In this document: positions 1 through 6,689 of the stretch, in pieces | Layout of the letters: each line of letters opens with the position of its first letter | How positions within the stretch are numbered: position 1 is the first letter of the stretch | From: a virus | Lineage: Duplodnaviria; Caudoviricetes | Reading direction: 5' to 3' (one strand) | Length of the DNA stretch: 25,319 nt | IMG/VR virus record: IMGVR_UViG_3300042940_001225 | Coordinates: 1-25,319 of that record | Notes under the pieces: generated by a model | Seen by the model: only the letters and a program-made list of their open reading frames with translations | Database searches by the model: none | What the model was told of the DNA's origin: nothing | Made by a program: the position numbers and the translations under genes

Positions 1-153
1 AAAATTACGAGAAGATTTTCCTGAATTGTTTATCCATAAGCAACATACTATAAAAGATATAGTTATAGCACAATTTAAGAAAAATAATTTGTGAATAGGT
101 TACAATTTGTAACCGACTGATTATCGGGTCGCCAATGGTGGCAAAGCGATAAA

Positions 154-230
154 TGGTCAGAGTGGTAGGATTTGAACCTACAACGCTAGTTTCCAAAGCC
201 AGAAGATTAACCAGATTTTCCCACACTCTG
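154..230 (-). tRNA. tRNA-Pro(UGG) with encoded CCA
   Basis: Reverse complement folds as a 77-nt cloverleaf: acceptor CAGAGTG/CACTCTG-A-CCA (C1:G72, A73 are Pro identity elements), D loop with GG, anticodon loop TT-TGG-AA, T arm GTAGG-TTCAAAT-CCTAC. Confidence 0.93.
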
Positions 231-275
231 AAAAACCCCCGCAATCATCAGTAACGAAAGCGGGGAAGTAATACT
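231..275 (-). terminator. Terminator-like or processing hairpin just 5' of the tRNA
   Basis: CCCCGC (237-242) pairs with GCGGGG (270-275), followed by GTTTTT on the minus strand; the loop is long. Confidence 0.45.
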
Positions 276-530
276 TGACGCTAACCGACCGAGAAAACTC
301 AATCCTTAATTCCGAACGCAACCGCATTCCAAAGTTAGCGTAATTGCCTGATTAAGCATATCAGCCCCAATTTCAAACTGAAGCATTTGATTAACCCTGC
401 AACGTGAGACAGGATATAGGCACGTCAGCAACCGTGTAATCCTATAGAGCCTATTAGCGATTGCGTTCCTAGTTTATATAAATATAAAACTTGAACTCTA
501 TACAAAGCCGTTTCAGTTCGCAATCTTTTT
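231..530 (-). ncRNA. Candidate structured non-coding RNA (~300 nt)
   Basis: No ORF of 60 aa or more lies within it. Starts just downstream of a TTGCGC-17-TATAAT promoter, contains about 10 consecutive or nested helices, and ends in a GC hairpin plus U run directly before the tRNA. Confidence 0.6.
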
Positions 531-591
531 CAAGTGTATTATAAACCATTTTGCGGGCGTGCGCAAGATGTTTTTTTACCTACCATTAAAA
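525..591. repeat. 67-bp exact direct repeat, copy 1
   Basis: ctttttcaagtgtattataaaccattttgcgggcgtgcgcaagatgtttttttacctaccattaaaa is identical to 864-930. Confidence 0.97.
538..566 (-). promoter_or_regulatory. Sigma70-type promoter for the ncRNA/tRNA
   Basis: TTGCGC (566-561), 17-nt spacer, TATAAT (543-538). Confidence 0.75.
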
Positions 592-833
592 TTAGTGCTT
601 ATTATATTACCTATTATTTCTTTCTCACGCTCTAAATCATCTATTCTTTTATTCAAATAAAACACAGCTTTTTTCAAATCTTCTATTTCTGTTGTGCTAT
701 CCTTTAATCCTGCACGCCATATATATTTGAACACATTACCAATGCAGAAACAATGATGCTTGGCAATATCTACGCACTCAATTCCTGATGGGTGAGATGT
801 GTAATGCGGTGGGTGGTTTATGTTATCCTGCAT
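576..833 (-). CDS. DUF3310 (SaV-like) phage protein
   Basis: D-N-I-N-H-P-P-H-Y ... IECVD ... FCIGNVFKYIWRAGLK ... EDLKKAVFYL signature. Confidence 0.9.
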   Translation of the reverse strand: MQDNINHPPHYTSHPSGIECVDIAKHHCFCIGNVFKYIWRAGLKDSTTEIEDLKKAVFYLNKRIDDLEREKEIIGNIISTNFNGR

Positions 834-863
834 GGTTAAATAACCCTATAATTGTGAATATTA

Positions 864-930
864 CTTTTTCAAGTGTATTATAAACCATTTTGCGGGCGTG
901 CGCAAGATGTTTTTTTACCTACCATTAAAA
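864..930. repeat. 67-bp exact direct repeat, copy 2
   Basis: Identical to 525-591 (offset 339 bp). Confidence 0.97.
877..905 (-). promoter_or_regulatory. Duplicate sigma70-type promoter for the DUF3310 gene
   Basis: Same TTGCGC-17-TATAAT inside repeat copy 2. Confidence 0.7.
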
Positions 931-1075
931 AATGCTCCTTCATTGCCTCAATCGCTAATTCTGCGGTGGGTGCATAGGTTTTATTTATATCACCAGCCAC
1001 GTTGTTGCTTGCGGTGAACTCGCCTTTCTTAATTTCGCTTACTGTGATTAATGTGTTATTGTGTGGTATTAGCAT
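878..1075 (-). CDS. Hypothetical protein (start probably MLIPH at 1075)
   Basis: ORF track 878..1129; the ATG at 1075 lies 1 nt after the stop of the upstream gene. Confidence 0.6.
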   Translation of the reverse strand: MLIPHNNTLITVSEIKKGEFTASNNVAGDINKTYAPTAELAIEAMKEHFLMVGKKTSCARPQNGL

Positions 1076-1076
1076 G

Positions 1077-1526
1077 TTAAAAATCCTCGTCTGTTTGATT
1101 GCAATTAAATACAAATAAACCTTGTTCACGCCACATGCGAACTAAACGCAATCTATCTTCAAAAACCGCTAAAACATTATAGTGTAGCTTAATATAATTA
1201 TTGTATATTTCTAGTTTAATATTTGTGTCATCACGCTTATCATTAGCAGGGCGCATAAATAATTTAGTGCAATTCAACCTATGTTTGTTTAGCCATTGTT
1301 GTGTGACTTCTCTATATTCTTCACGCCTGCCAGTCACAATCAATATTTCATAAGAAGTATGGTCAAATAATTTACGCAATATCTCAGCCGTTGGCAACGC
1401 ATCATCGTTTATTTGGTCTGCAAAAAATGCGTCCCAGTTCTTTGGTGATTTTTCAACATGGTGACGGCGACGTGCAGTATCTGATAACGTGCCGTCAATA
1501 TCAAATATAAAAGCATTGTTTTTCAT
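1077..1526 (-). CDS. HAD-family 3'-phosphatase, similar to the phosphatase domain of T4 polynucleotide kinase/phosphatase
   Basis: FDIDGTL (DxDxT motif), VTGR, LFMRPANDKRDD..IK, VFEDR..VRMWR..GL; no kinase domain. Confidence 0.88.
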   Translation of the reverse strand: MKNNAFIFDIDGTLSDTARRRHHVEKSPKNWDAFFADQINDDALPTAEILRKLFDHTSYEILIVTGRREEYREVTQQWLNKHRLNCTKLFMRPANDKRDDTNIKLEIYNNYIKLHYNVLAVFEDRLRLVRMWREQGLFVFNCNQTDEDF

Positions 1527-1531
1527 TGTTA

Positions 1532-1870
1532 TTATTCCTCTCTCGGTTCGTGATATTCGCCGTTAAAGGCTGATTTAGCAATATGCACAGGACATATATA
1601 TTTATGCTCATTGTCATCTAATCCGCAATATATGCAAGTTTTACTGCCTTCGTTGGCTCCTATAATTGCTTTTAATCCAAATTCGTATGCGTTGGAGTTT
1701 TGCTTCCAGCCTTGTAAAATATTATAAACTGGGCGGGTGATGTCGTCTTGGATTGCTAGGATTGCTGCTTTAATTTTCTTTTTATGGCTTGTGTCAAGTC
1801 CTCGTGCTGCATTATATCCTCTACATGCTTTTTCAATAATTTCATCGGTTATCAGTTCTGGGGTGGTCAT
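1532..1870 (-). CDS. Hypothetical protein with CxxC..H..C cluster
   Basis: 112-aa ORF with AAGGA RBS; CIYC...H...CPVH. Confidence 0.7.
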   Translation of the reverse strand: MTTPELITDEIIEKACRGYNAARGLDTSHKKKIKAAILAIQDDITRPVYNILQGWKQNSNAYEFGLKAIIGANEGSKTCIYCGLDDNEHKYICPVHIAKSAFNGEYHEPREE

Positions 1871-1887
1871 AGTTCCTTTCTTGTTAA

Positions 1888-2019
1888 TTATTCAAAGCAC
1901 TTAGCAATAAAATATTGCAGCTCACCACAATCTAAATGGTATTTGCCAAACACATCATCTGGTTCACCCAAATGTTCTATGATAAGTGCGTCTATGGTTT
2001 CGTAATCTGGGTTTGTCAT
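1888..2019 (-). CDS. Small hypothetical protein (43 aa)
   Basis: Manual translation MTNPDYETIDALIIEHLG...; ATGA overlap with the upstream gene and AGGAG upstream. Confidence 0.55.
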   Translation of the reverse strand: MTNPDYETIDALIIEHLGEPDDVFGKYHLDCGELQYFIAKCFE

Positions 2020-2201
2020 TTTGATTTCTCCTCTTTTAAGTCACCATCAACATCGCAATGTAATGGTGGATAGCCATGTTTATAAAGCGTAATTGCTCTG
2101 AATGGTAAATGTAAAATTTTTAATATAAAATTAGCAATTAGTATTGCTAAAAAAAATGTAAGAATAGGGTGATTGCCCATAAAATCTAATGTTAAAATCA
2201 C
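2016..2201 (-). CDS. Small membrane protein
   Basis: Hydrophobic stretch followed by HGYPPLHCDVDGD. Confidence 0.7.
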   Translation of the reverse strand: MILTLDFMGNHPILTFFLAILIANFILKILHLPFRAITLYKHGYPPLHCDVDGDLKEEKSK

Positions 2202-2572
2202 ACGCCCTCCTTATCCCAAACTGGGAATGGTATGTTGTTGCGTTCATTAATCACCCAATTATCTATATGTGGGTCATCAAATCCACTATGTCGCACAATT
2301 AATTTACGATTTAAGTCATATTCAATAATTCCGACTTTATTAAAAGCAATAGTTTTGCCAATTTGCTTAACTACATCAAACTCTTGCTTATTCATCAACG
2401 CCACATTGTGCGGGGTCTTGTGGAAACGATAATTATTACCTACATTTTCACGTCCATATAAGCCTTCCGCCCAACCTGTCATCATTCCAGTCCATGCTTG
2501 CGGTTTTTCAAACCCCTGCTCAATCGCTGCTGCTGCACAAACCAACAATGTTGTGTAAAAATATTCAGTCAT
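2198..2572 (-). CDS. Hypothetical protein
   Basis: 124-aa ORF overlapping its neighbours in an operon. Confidence 0.7.
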   Translation of the reverse strand: MTEYFYTTLLVCAAAAIEQGFEKPQAWTGMMTGWAEGLYGRENVGNNYRFHKTPHNVALMNKQEFDVVKQIGKTIAFNKVGIIEYDLNRKLIVRHSGFDDPHIDNWVINERNNIPFPVWDKEGV

Positions 2573-2915
2573 TGTTTCTCTCGTCTATTATGGTTATTAT
2601 ATTATTTTCTCTAATCACTGCACGGCAACCATTACCTATAGGGTATCTACCATCTGGCAAATTATTGCCTAATTTACTTAAAACTAAATTAACTTCCTCA
2701 TTAATAGGTAATTTATATTTACGTTCAAGCAAACGAACAACAGCATGGTCGCTGAAACATAAAGTTTTTTTTGTTTGCGCTTGCATTTTTTCAATTTCTA
2801 ATTTTAATTTAGATTGTTGTCTTTGGGCTTCCATAATGACTTTTTGATTTTCATCATATATTTTTTGCTTAAAAGCTAACCTAGAAGCAATATTAATAAA
2901 ATCATCAACCATCAT
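2565..2915 (-). CDS. Hypothetical protein: coiled coil plus SDHAVVRLLER motif
   Basis: GGAGGAG RBS and ATGA overlap at 2912-2915. Confidence 0.7.
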   Translation of the reverse strand: MMVDDFINIASRLAFKQKIYDENQKVIMEAQRQQSKLKLEIEKMQAQTKKTLCFSDHAVVRLLERKYKLPINEEVNLVLSKLGNNLPDGRYPIGNGCRAVIRENNIITIIDERNND

Positions 2916-3130
2916 TTTATCTCCTCCCATTCGGCGTTGAATTGTTTTAAGTTAGTTAAAAGCCTATCAAGATAAACCTCAATCACCTCCGCATCGGCTT
3001 CAAGGACTGCTTTTGAATATTTCAGGCAGTCATCAAAATCAATATTATACAAAGCGTTTATTCTCATTGCGCCTTTCAATATACTTTTATCCGTAGATTT
3101 TCTGCGGTATTTTTTAGGTGGTTGTGTCAT
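2912..3130 (-). CDS. Hypothetical protein
   Basis: 72-aa ORF in operon, AAGGA RBS. Confidence 0.65.
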   Translation of the reverse strand: MTQPPKKYRRKSTDKSILKGAMRINALYNIDFDDCLKYSKAVLEADAEVIEVYLDRLLTNLKQFNAEWEEIK

Positions 3131-3133
3131 AAA

Positions 3134-3547
3134 TCAATCCTTCAATGCGATTTCAATTCGGTTGCCTTGCTCGTCTAGGGCGTGGGTGATTGTTATTCTC
3201 TTAATTAAATCTGTAGCTTCCACCATTGAATTATAATGAAGCATATCCCGATTAACTAACCAAGCACAATTCATGGGTTTTTCTTCATCGTTATCAGTCC
3301 ACCATACCATTAAACCATGCGCTGCGTATAAATGAAGCAACTTCGCATCATCAGCCGTTGGCTTACTTGGAAAAGGTGGGAGTGCGGTTGCAATGTGTAG
3401 TAACCCATAACAATCTTCAAGGAATAATTCCCAAGTGTGCTGAAACTTTTTCCATTTTTCGCAACTATTTTTCTTTGTGTTGCAAGTATCAAAATGCCAA
3501 ACAATCGTATGCTTAACGCCTTCAATTTCCTCTATAGCAACTAACAT
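3134..3547 (-). CDS. Hypothetical protein
   Basis: 137-aa ORF overlapping the upstream stop. Confidence 0.7.
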   Translation of the reverse strand: MLVAIEEIEGVKHTIVWHFDTCNTKKNSCEKWKKFQHTWELFLEDCYGLLHIATALPPFPSKPTADDAKLLHLYAAHGLMVWWTDNDEEKPMNCAWLVNRDMLHYNSMVEATDLIKRITITHALDEQGNRIEIALKD

Positions 3548-3759
3548 ACAACCCCCGCTATTTCTTGGGCTTGTTGAAGTGCGTTAACAGCAATCATATA
3601 ATCATGCAAATAATCATGTTTGTTTGGGTCTGCATAATTTTCTAAAGCATCAACCAACATTTCAATCACCTTAGCCATTGTTTCTAGTTTAGCTTCCGTT
3701 GCTTCCGTTCCAGCGTGGTTAATTTTCGTGCTGGCGATTAGTTTTTCTATGTTGTTCAT
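3541..3759 (-). CDS. Hypothetical protein
   Basis: 72-aa ORF with ALENYA motif common in small phage proteins; ATGA overlap. Confidence 0.7.
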   Translation of the reverse strand: MNNIEKLIASTKINHAGTEATEAKLETMAKVIEMLVDALENYADPNKHDYLHDYMIAVNALQQAQEIAGVVC

Positions 3760-3944
3760 AATTTATGCCTTTGCAAAGTTTTATCAAATCTTAATAATTC
3801 TTGGTATAATTTTTTGGGTATTTCTTGCCAGTTATGCCCATCATAATTTTCAATGCTCCAATAATATTTTTCATCTTCCATCTTTACAGTAAGCCCACCG
3901 TAATAATTACCTATTGTGCCAATTTGTTTTTCAATGTTAGTCAT
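3756..3944 (-). CDS. Hypothetical protein (start MTNIEK)
   Basis: GGAGG RBS before the ATG at 3944; IGNYYGGL...YYWSIENYDG. Confidence 0.72.
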   Translation of the reverse strand: MTNIEKQIGTIGNYYGGLTVKMEDEKYYWSIENYDGHNWQEIPKKLYQELLRFDKTLQRHKL

Positions 3945-4208
3945 TTGTTGCCTCCAGTGCTTTAGTTGCGCCATAAATTATAGTCATTAAATCATCTCGC
4001 AACCTCGCTATCTCAGCGTCTTTTGCTGCTATGCGTTCATCGTTTAGTTGCTGGCAGGATTGCCAAAATCCCATACTTTTTTAGTTTTAACTACTGCGTA
4101 TTCGCCGTTTGCTTCTTTCTTAAAGTTAAGCTCTCGTTGCCCATAACTCCAATCATGCCTAGGATAATTTTGTTCAAACTCTGACCTTGCCTCATTTTGA
4201 TTTTTCAT
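3937..4208 (-). pseudogene. Small gene apparently split by a 1-nt frameshift at 4065-4068
   Basis: Frame 1 MKNQNEARSEFE...KKVWDF stops soon after; the -1 frame continues WQSCQQLNDERIAAKDAEIARLR...ATND and overlaps the next start. Confidence 0.5.
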
Positions 4209-4387
4209 TTTACTTGCTCCTGCTTAATTGTGCATGTTGTGCCTGTGTGCCATTTATTAGCGTCATAATGAAACTCACAATCTAAAACATTTTGCTGTTG
4301 CTGCGAAGGATTATTTAAGTAAATAATCATCATAAAGCAGGCAATAAGCATTACTATTATTATAGCTGGCATTATCTCATTTTTCAT
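4205..4387 (-). CDS. Small single-TM protein
   Basis: GAGGA RBS; N-terminal hydrophobic helix; two Cys in the tail. Confidence 0.65.
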   Translation of the reverse strand: MKNEIMPAIIIVMLIACFMMIIYLNNPSQQQQNVLDCEFHYDANKWHTGTTCTIKQEQVK

Positions 4388-4388
4388 A

Positions 4389-4553
4389 TTATCCTCTCTC
4401 ATGTGTATGTGTTATTTTCGGTTGCTTTATTATTTCACCAATGTGTGAATTATCAACCACATGGTTGGTTGGTTTCTCATGCGCTTTAATTGCTATGGCA
4501 GCAACTACCACTGCAACCAATGTAGCGCATGTTATAGATTTATACCCAATCAT
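4389..4553 (-). CDS. Small single-TM or secreted protein (54 aa)
   Basis: Manual translation MIGYKSITCATLVAVVVAAIAIKAHE...; fills the gap between neighbours. Confidence 0.55.
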   Translation of the reverse strand: MIGYKSITCATLVAVVVAAIAIKAHEKPTNHVVDNSHIGEIIKQPKITHTHERG

Positions 4554-4647
4554 CTTCATCTCGCGCTTGGTAAAATTTACATACTAAAGTTATTGTAAAA
4601 ACAGATAACAAAATCCCTATAAGTATTCCCGCAATAAATGTAATCAT
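4540..4647 (-). CDS. Small single-TM protein (35 aa)
   Basis: MITFIAGILIGILLSVFTITLVC...; GGTG RBS. Confidence 0.6.
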   Translation of the reverse strand: MITFIAGILIGILLSVFTITLVCKFYQARDEDDWV

Positions 4648-4648
4648 A

Positions 4649-4852
4649 TCACCACCATGTTCTTGATGAATGACATAAATACAAAAAAGCAATAAATGCG
4701 CTAATCCTAAAATCCTGCCAATCAACACTACTCCAAGCTGGTAATTCCAATTTAATAAAAGCACCACCCGCAAATATTGCAAACATGACAACGACACTTG
4801 AAATTAACCAAAGCCCTAAAAGTGCAATTATATTCACTGCTATTTTACGCAT
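4649..4852 (-). CDS. Small two-TM membrane protein
   Basis: Two hydrophobic segments; GGGAG RBS. Confidence 0.62.
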   Translation of the reverse strand: MRKIAVNIIALLGLWLISSVVVMFAIFAGGAFIKLELPAWSSVDWQDFRISAFIAFLYLCHSSRTWW

Positions 4853-4986
4853 CACTCACTCCCTAATTCTGCCGTTAAATATTCCTCAAAAACAACCCGC
4901 ATTTCTAGCAACTGCTTATCTAGCAATTCGCAAAATCCAAGTGTTACATTTGCGCTGTCAATAGCGTTTTCGCATTCGTTAATCAT
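4852..4986 (-). CDS. Small hypothetical protein (44 aa)
   Basis: Manual translation MINECENAIDS...; overlaps both neighbours. Confidence 0.5.
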   Translation of the reverse strand: MINECENAIDSANVTLGFCELLDKQLLEMRVVFEEYLTAELGSE

Positions 4987-5275
4987 TTTTTACCAGCTCC
5001 CAATTTTGATTAAAAACATCTTGGTGACAAAAATATGTTCGGTTATCTGAACCATCAATCTTAAATACATGTCCATTATAAAAAACCACAGAGATTTCAT
5101 CTGCATCAAACTCAAGAACTTTATCCATTCCATGAATTAAGATATCTTTTATTGTTTCATAATTAAAAGATTTGTTTATAATGCTATCTATGTGAGAAAG
5201 CAAAACTCCGCTTAAAAGAGCCGATTTACCTTCTAGTGTTTTGCGTTTATAGTTTTTTATTTCACTCTCTTTCAT
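4979..5275 (-). CDS. Hypothetical protein
   Basis: 98-aa ORF; ATGA overlap; ends in YFCHQDVFNQNWE. Confidence 0.7.
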   Translation of the reverse strand: MKESEIKNYKRKTLEGKSALLSGVLLSHIDSIINKSFNYETIKDILIHGMDKVLEFDADEISVVFYNGHVFKIDGSDNRTYFCHQDVFNQNWELVKND

Positions 5276-5553
5276 ACAGCCACCCCCATCAAATCAGTCC
5301 AGCCGTTATTATGATAAAAACTTTCCGCAACGTAATATTCGTGCGTATTTTCTTGATTGCAGCCTAAAGCCTCAAGCATTGGATATTGTATGCATTCAGA
5401 AATATGCTCTGCTAATTCTCCCCTGTAACGCTCATCTTCTGCGTGGTCAATGCCACGTTGTTTTAATAAAGCTATTCCTTGTTTGAAAAACTCAACGCAA
5501 GTGTCGTTAAGGTTGTCTAATTCCGTATATAACGGGTCATATTGGTAATCCAT
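5272..5553 (-). CDS. Hypothetical protein (start MDYQYD)
   Basis: GGAG RBS before the ATG at 5553. Confidence 0.7.
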   Translation of the reverse strand: MDYQYDPLYTELDNLNDTCVEFFKQGIALLKQRGIDHAEDERYRGELAEHISECIQYPMLEALGCNQENTHEYYVAESFYHNNGWTDLMGVAV

Positions 5554-5554
5554 G

Positions 5555-5716
5555 TTATTCTCCATAAATATCTGGTTTAGGTAATCCATAATAACTAACC
5601 ACATCATCACCTGCAATTAGCCTGTTAGTGTGGTTAATTTCTGGCAATACCAGCGTAAAAATAAACACTGCCATTAAAAACACCACTGCTGCAAATTGAT
5701 TATAAAAACTATCCAT
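5555..5716 (-). CDS. Small single-TM protein (53 aa), first gene of the leftward operon
   Basis: Manual translation MDSFYNQFAAVVFLMAVFIFTLVLPE... Confidence 0.55.
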   Translation of the reverse strand: MDSFYNQFAAVVFLMAVFIFTLVLPEINHTNRLIAGDDVVSYYGLPKPDIYGE

Positions 5717-5784
5717 CTCAATTCTCAAACGGGGCGTTACCCCGAATGCTCCTGTTGGTTAAACCAGCCGTTGCTGATAAGGTG

Positions 5785-5813
5785 ATAATATGTGCAATTA
5801 ATATTAATGTCAA
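5785..5813 (-). promoter_or_regulatory. Leftward sigma70 promoter
   Basis: TTGACA (5813-5808), 17 nt, TATTAT (5790-5785). Confidence 0.75.
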
Positions 5814-5826
5814 TGGTTATTTTGTA

Positions 5827-5854
5827 TTGACTTAATATTTTTTTACTATATAAT
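5827..5854 (+). promoter_or_regulatory. Rightward sigma70 promoter
   Basis: TTGACT (5827-5832), 16 nt, TATAAT (5849-5854). Confidence 0.7.
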
Positions 5855-5880
5855 AGATACATACAACAAAGGGGATTAAA

Positions 5881-6048
5881 TTGAATAAAAAAGTGCATAT
5901 TATATTAACAGAAGAGGCTTACGAGCTACTTGGTAAAATCCAAGAAATGATAAAGCAAAAAGAAATGGTGCAATACTGCACACAGTCACAAGCAATAACC
6001 AAGGTTTTAGTTGCGTATTATGAGGTGGATAATGATAAAAGCATTTAA
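5881..6048 (+). CDS. Putative ribbon-helix-helix DNA-binding protein (55 aa, not in the ORF track)
   Basis: TTG start after AAGGGG; NKKVHIILTEEAYELL...TQSQAITKVL fits a beta-alpha-alpha pattern. Confidence 0.6.
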   Translation: MNKKVHIILTEEAYELLGKIQEMIKQKEMVQYCTQSQAITKVLVAYYEVDNDKSI

Positions 6049-6208
6049 CAATTTAACCAACGGACAATGGAAATGGGCAATTTATAGCAGTAATGGAAAA
6101 TTAATTTGCGAAAGTGCTGAGCAATTTGTTTCTCACAATGATGCGCAACAAAGTTTGCAAGATTTTTTGTATGAAATTATCCCGTTATTAAAAATAGAGG
6201 TGAAGTGA
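6032..6208 (+). CDS. DUF1508/YegP-like protein
   Basis: GQWKWAIYSSNGKLICESAEQFVSHNDA motif; GAGGT RBS. Confidence 0.75.
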   Translation: MIKAFNNLTNGQWKWAIYSSNGKLICESAEQFVSHNDAQQSLQDFLYEIIPLLKIEVK

Positions 6209-6486
6209 TGGATAGGCAGGAAGCGATTGAAATATTAACGGAATATAAGAAGTGGGAGTTGGATTGTAATCATTGTAAATCTGATTTACATACTGCTATT
6301 TATTATTCATCAGCTTTAGTAGCTAAAGCCATAGATACATTAACTGCGCCCATACCCATCACCGATGAGATTGTTTTTGCATTAAGTGCAGAATATCAAA
6401 ATCAACTTCGTAATAATATCCATAGTTTTGACGCTATGAAAGCAGCACTAACCGCAGCACTGGGAGGCGACAATGCAACTAACTGA
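6205..6486 (+). CDS. Hypothetical protein
   Basis: 93-aa ORF with GAGGTG RBS; ends AMKAALTAAL. Confidence 0.7.
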   Translation: MMDRQEAIEILTEYKKWELDCNHCKSDLHTAIYYSSALVAKAIDTLTAPIPITDEIVFALSAEYQNQLRNNIHSFDAMKAALTAALGGDNATN

Positions 6487-6685
6487 TATACAAAAAACCA
6501 TTGTTCGCAAGCATATTGAATATGCTGGAATGAAAGAAGATGCAAGGCGTAATCGCATTGCTATTGAGATGCAAGAAGCCAAGCATAGAATTGATACAAT
6601 AATTAAAAACGCTAAAAATACTGGGCTTTACGCAGAGCAAATTGCGCTTATGAAACAAGAAAGCAAATCTTATAAGCGGAGATAA
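6473..6685 (+). CDS. Hypothetical protein
   Basis: GGAGG RBS, 70 aa. Confidence 0.7.
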   Translation: MQLTDIQKTIVRKHIEYAGMKEDARRNRIAIEMQEAKHRIDTIIKNAKNTGLYAEQIALMKQESKSYKRR

Positions 6686-6689
6686 CAGA

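Noticed and set aside
98-152. Palindrome GGTTACAATTTGTAACC and hairpin TTATCG…CGATAA downstream of the tRNA
   Set aside because: Real symmetry, but short and at the window edge; no second cloverleaf and no function can be argued
5-244. 79-aa minus-strand ORF
   Set aside because: Runs through the tRNA gene; probably spurious
350-372. GGGGCTGAT on the minus strand, resembling a tmRNA 5' end
   Set aside because: No following tmRNA D-loop-like sequence, tag reading frame or matching T-arm/acceptor 3' end was found
525-930. Repeats as a CRISPR array or att sites
   Set aside because: Only two 67-bp copies separated by a gene; no cas or integrase gene in the window
1784-2847. Plus-strand ORFs opposite the leftward operon (similar cases at 9472-11236, 15193-17795, 20603-23693)
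   Set aside because: Antisense to tightly coupled real genes, with no recognisable motifs
2565-2915. RelE/BrnT-like toxin suggested by SDHAVVRLLER
   Set aside because: Motif too short to assign and no clear antitoxin partner
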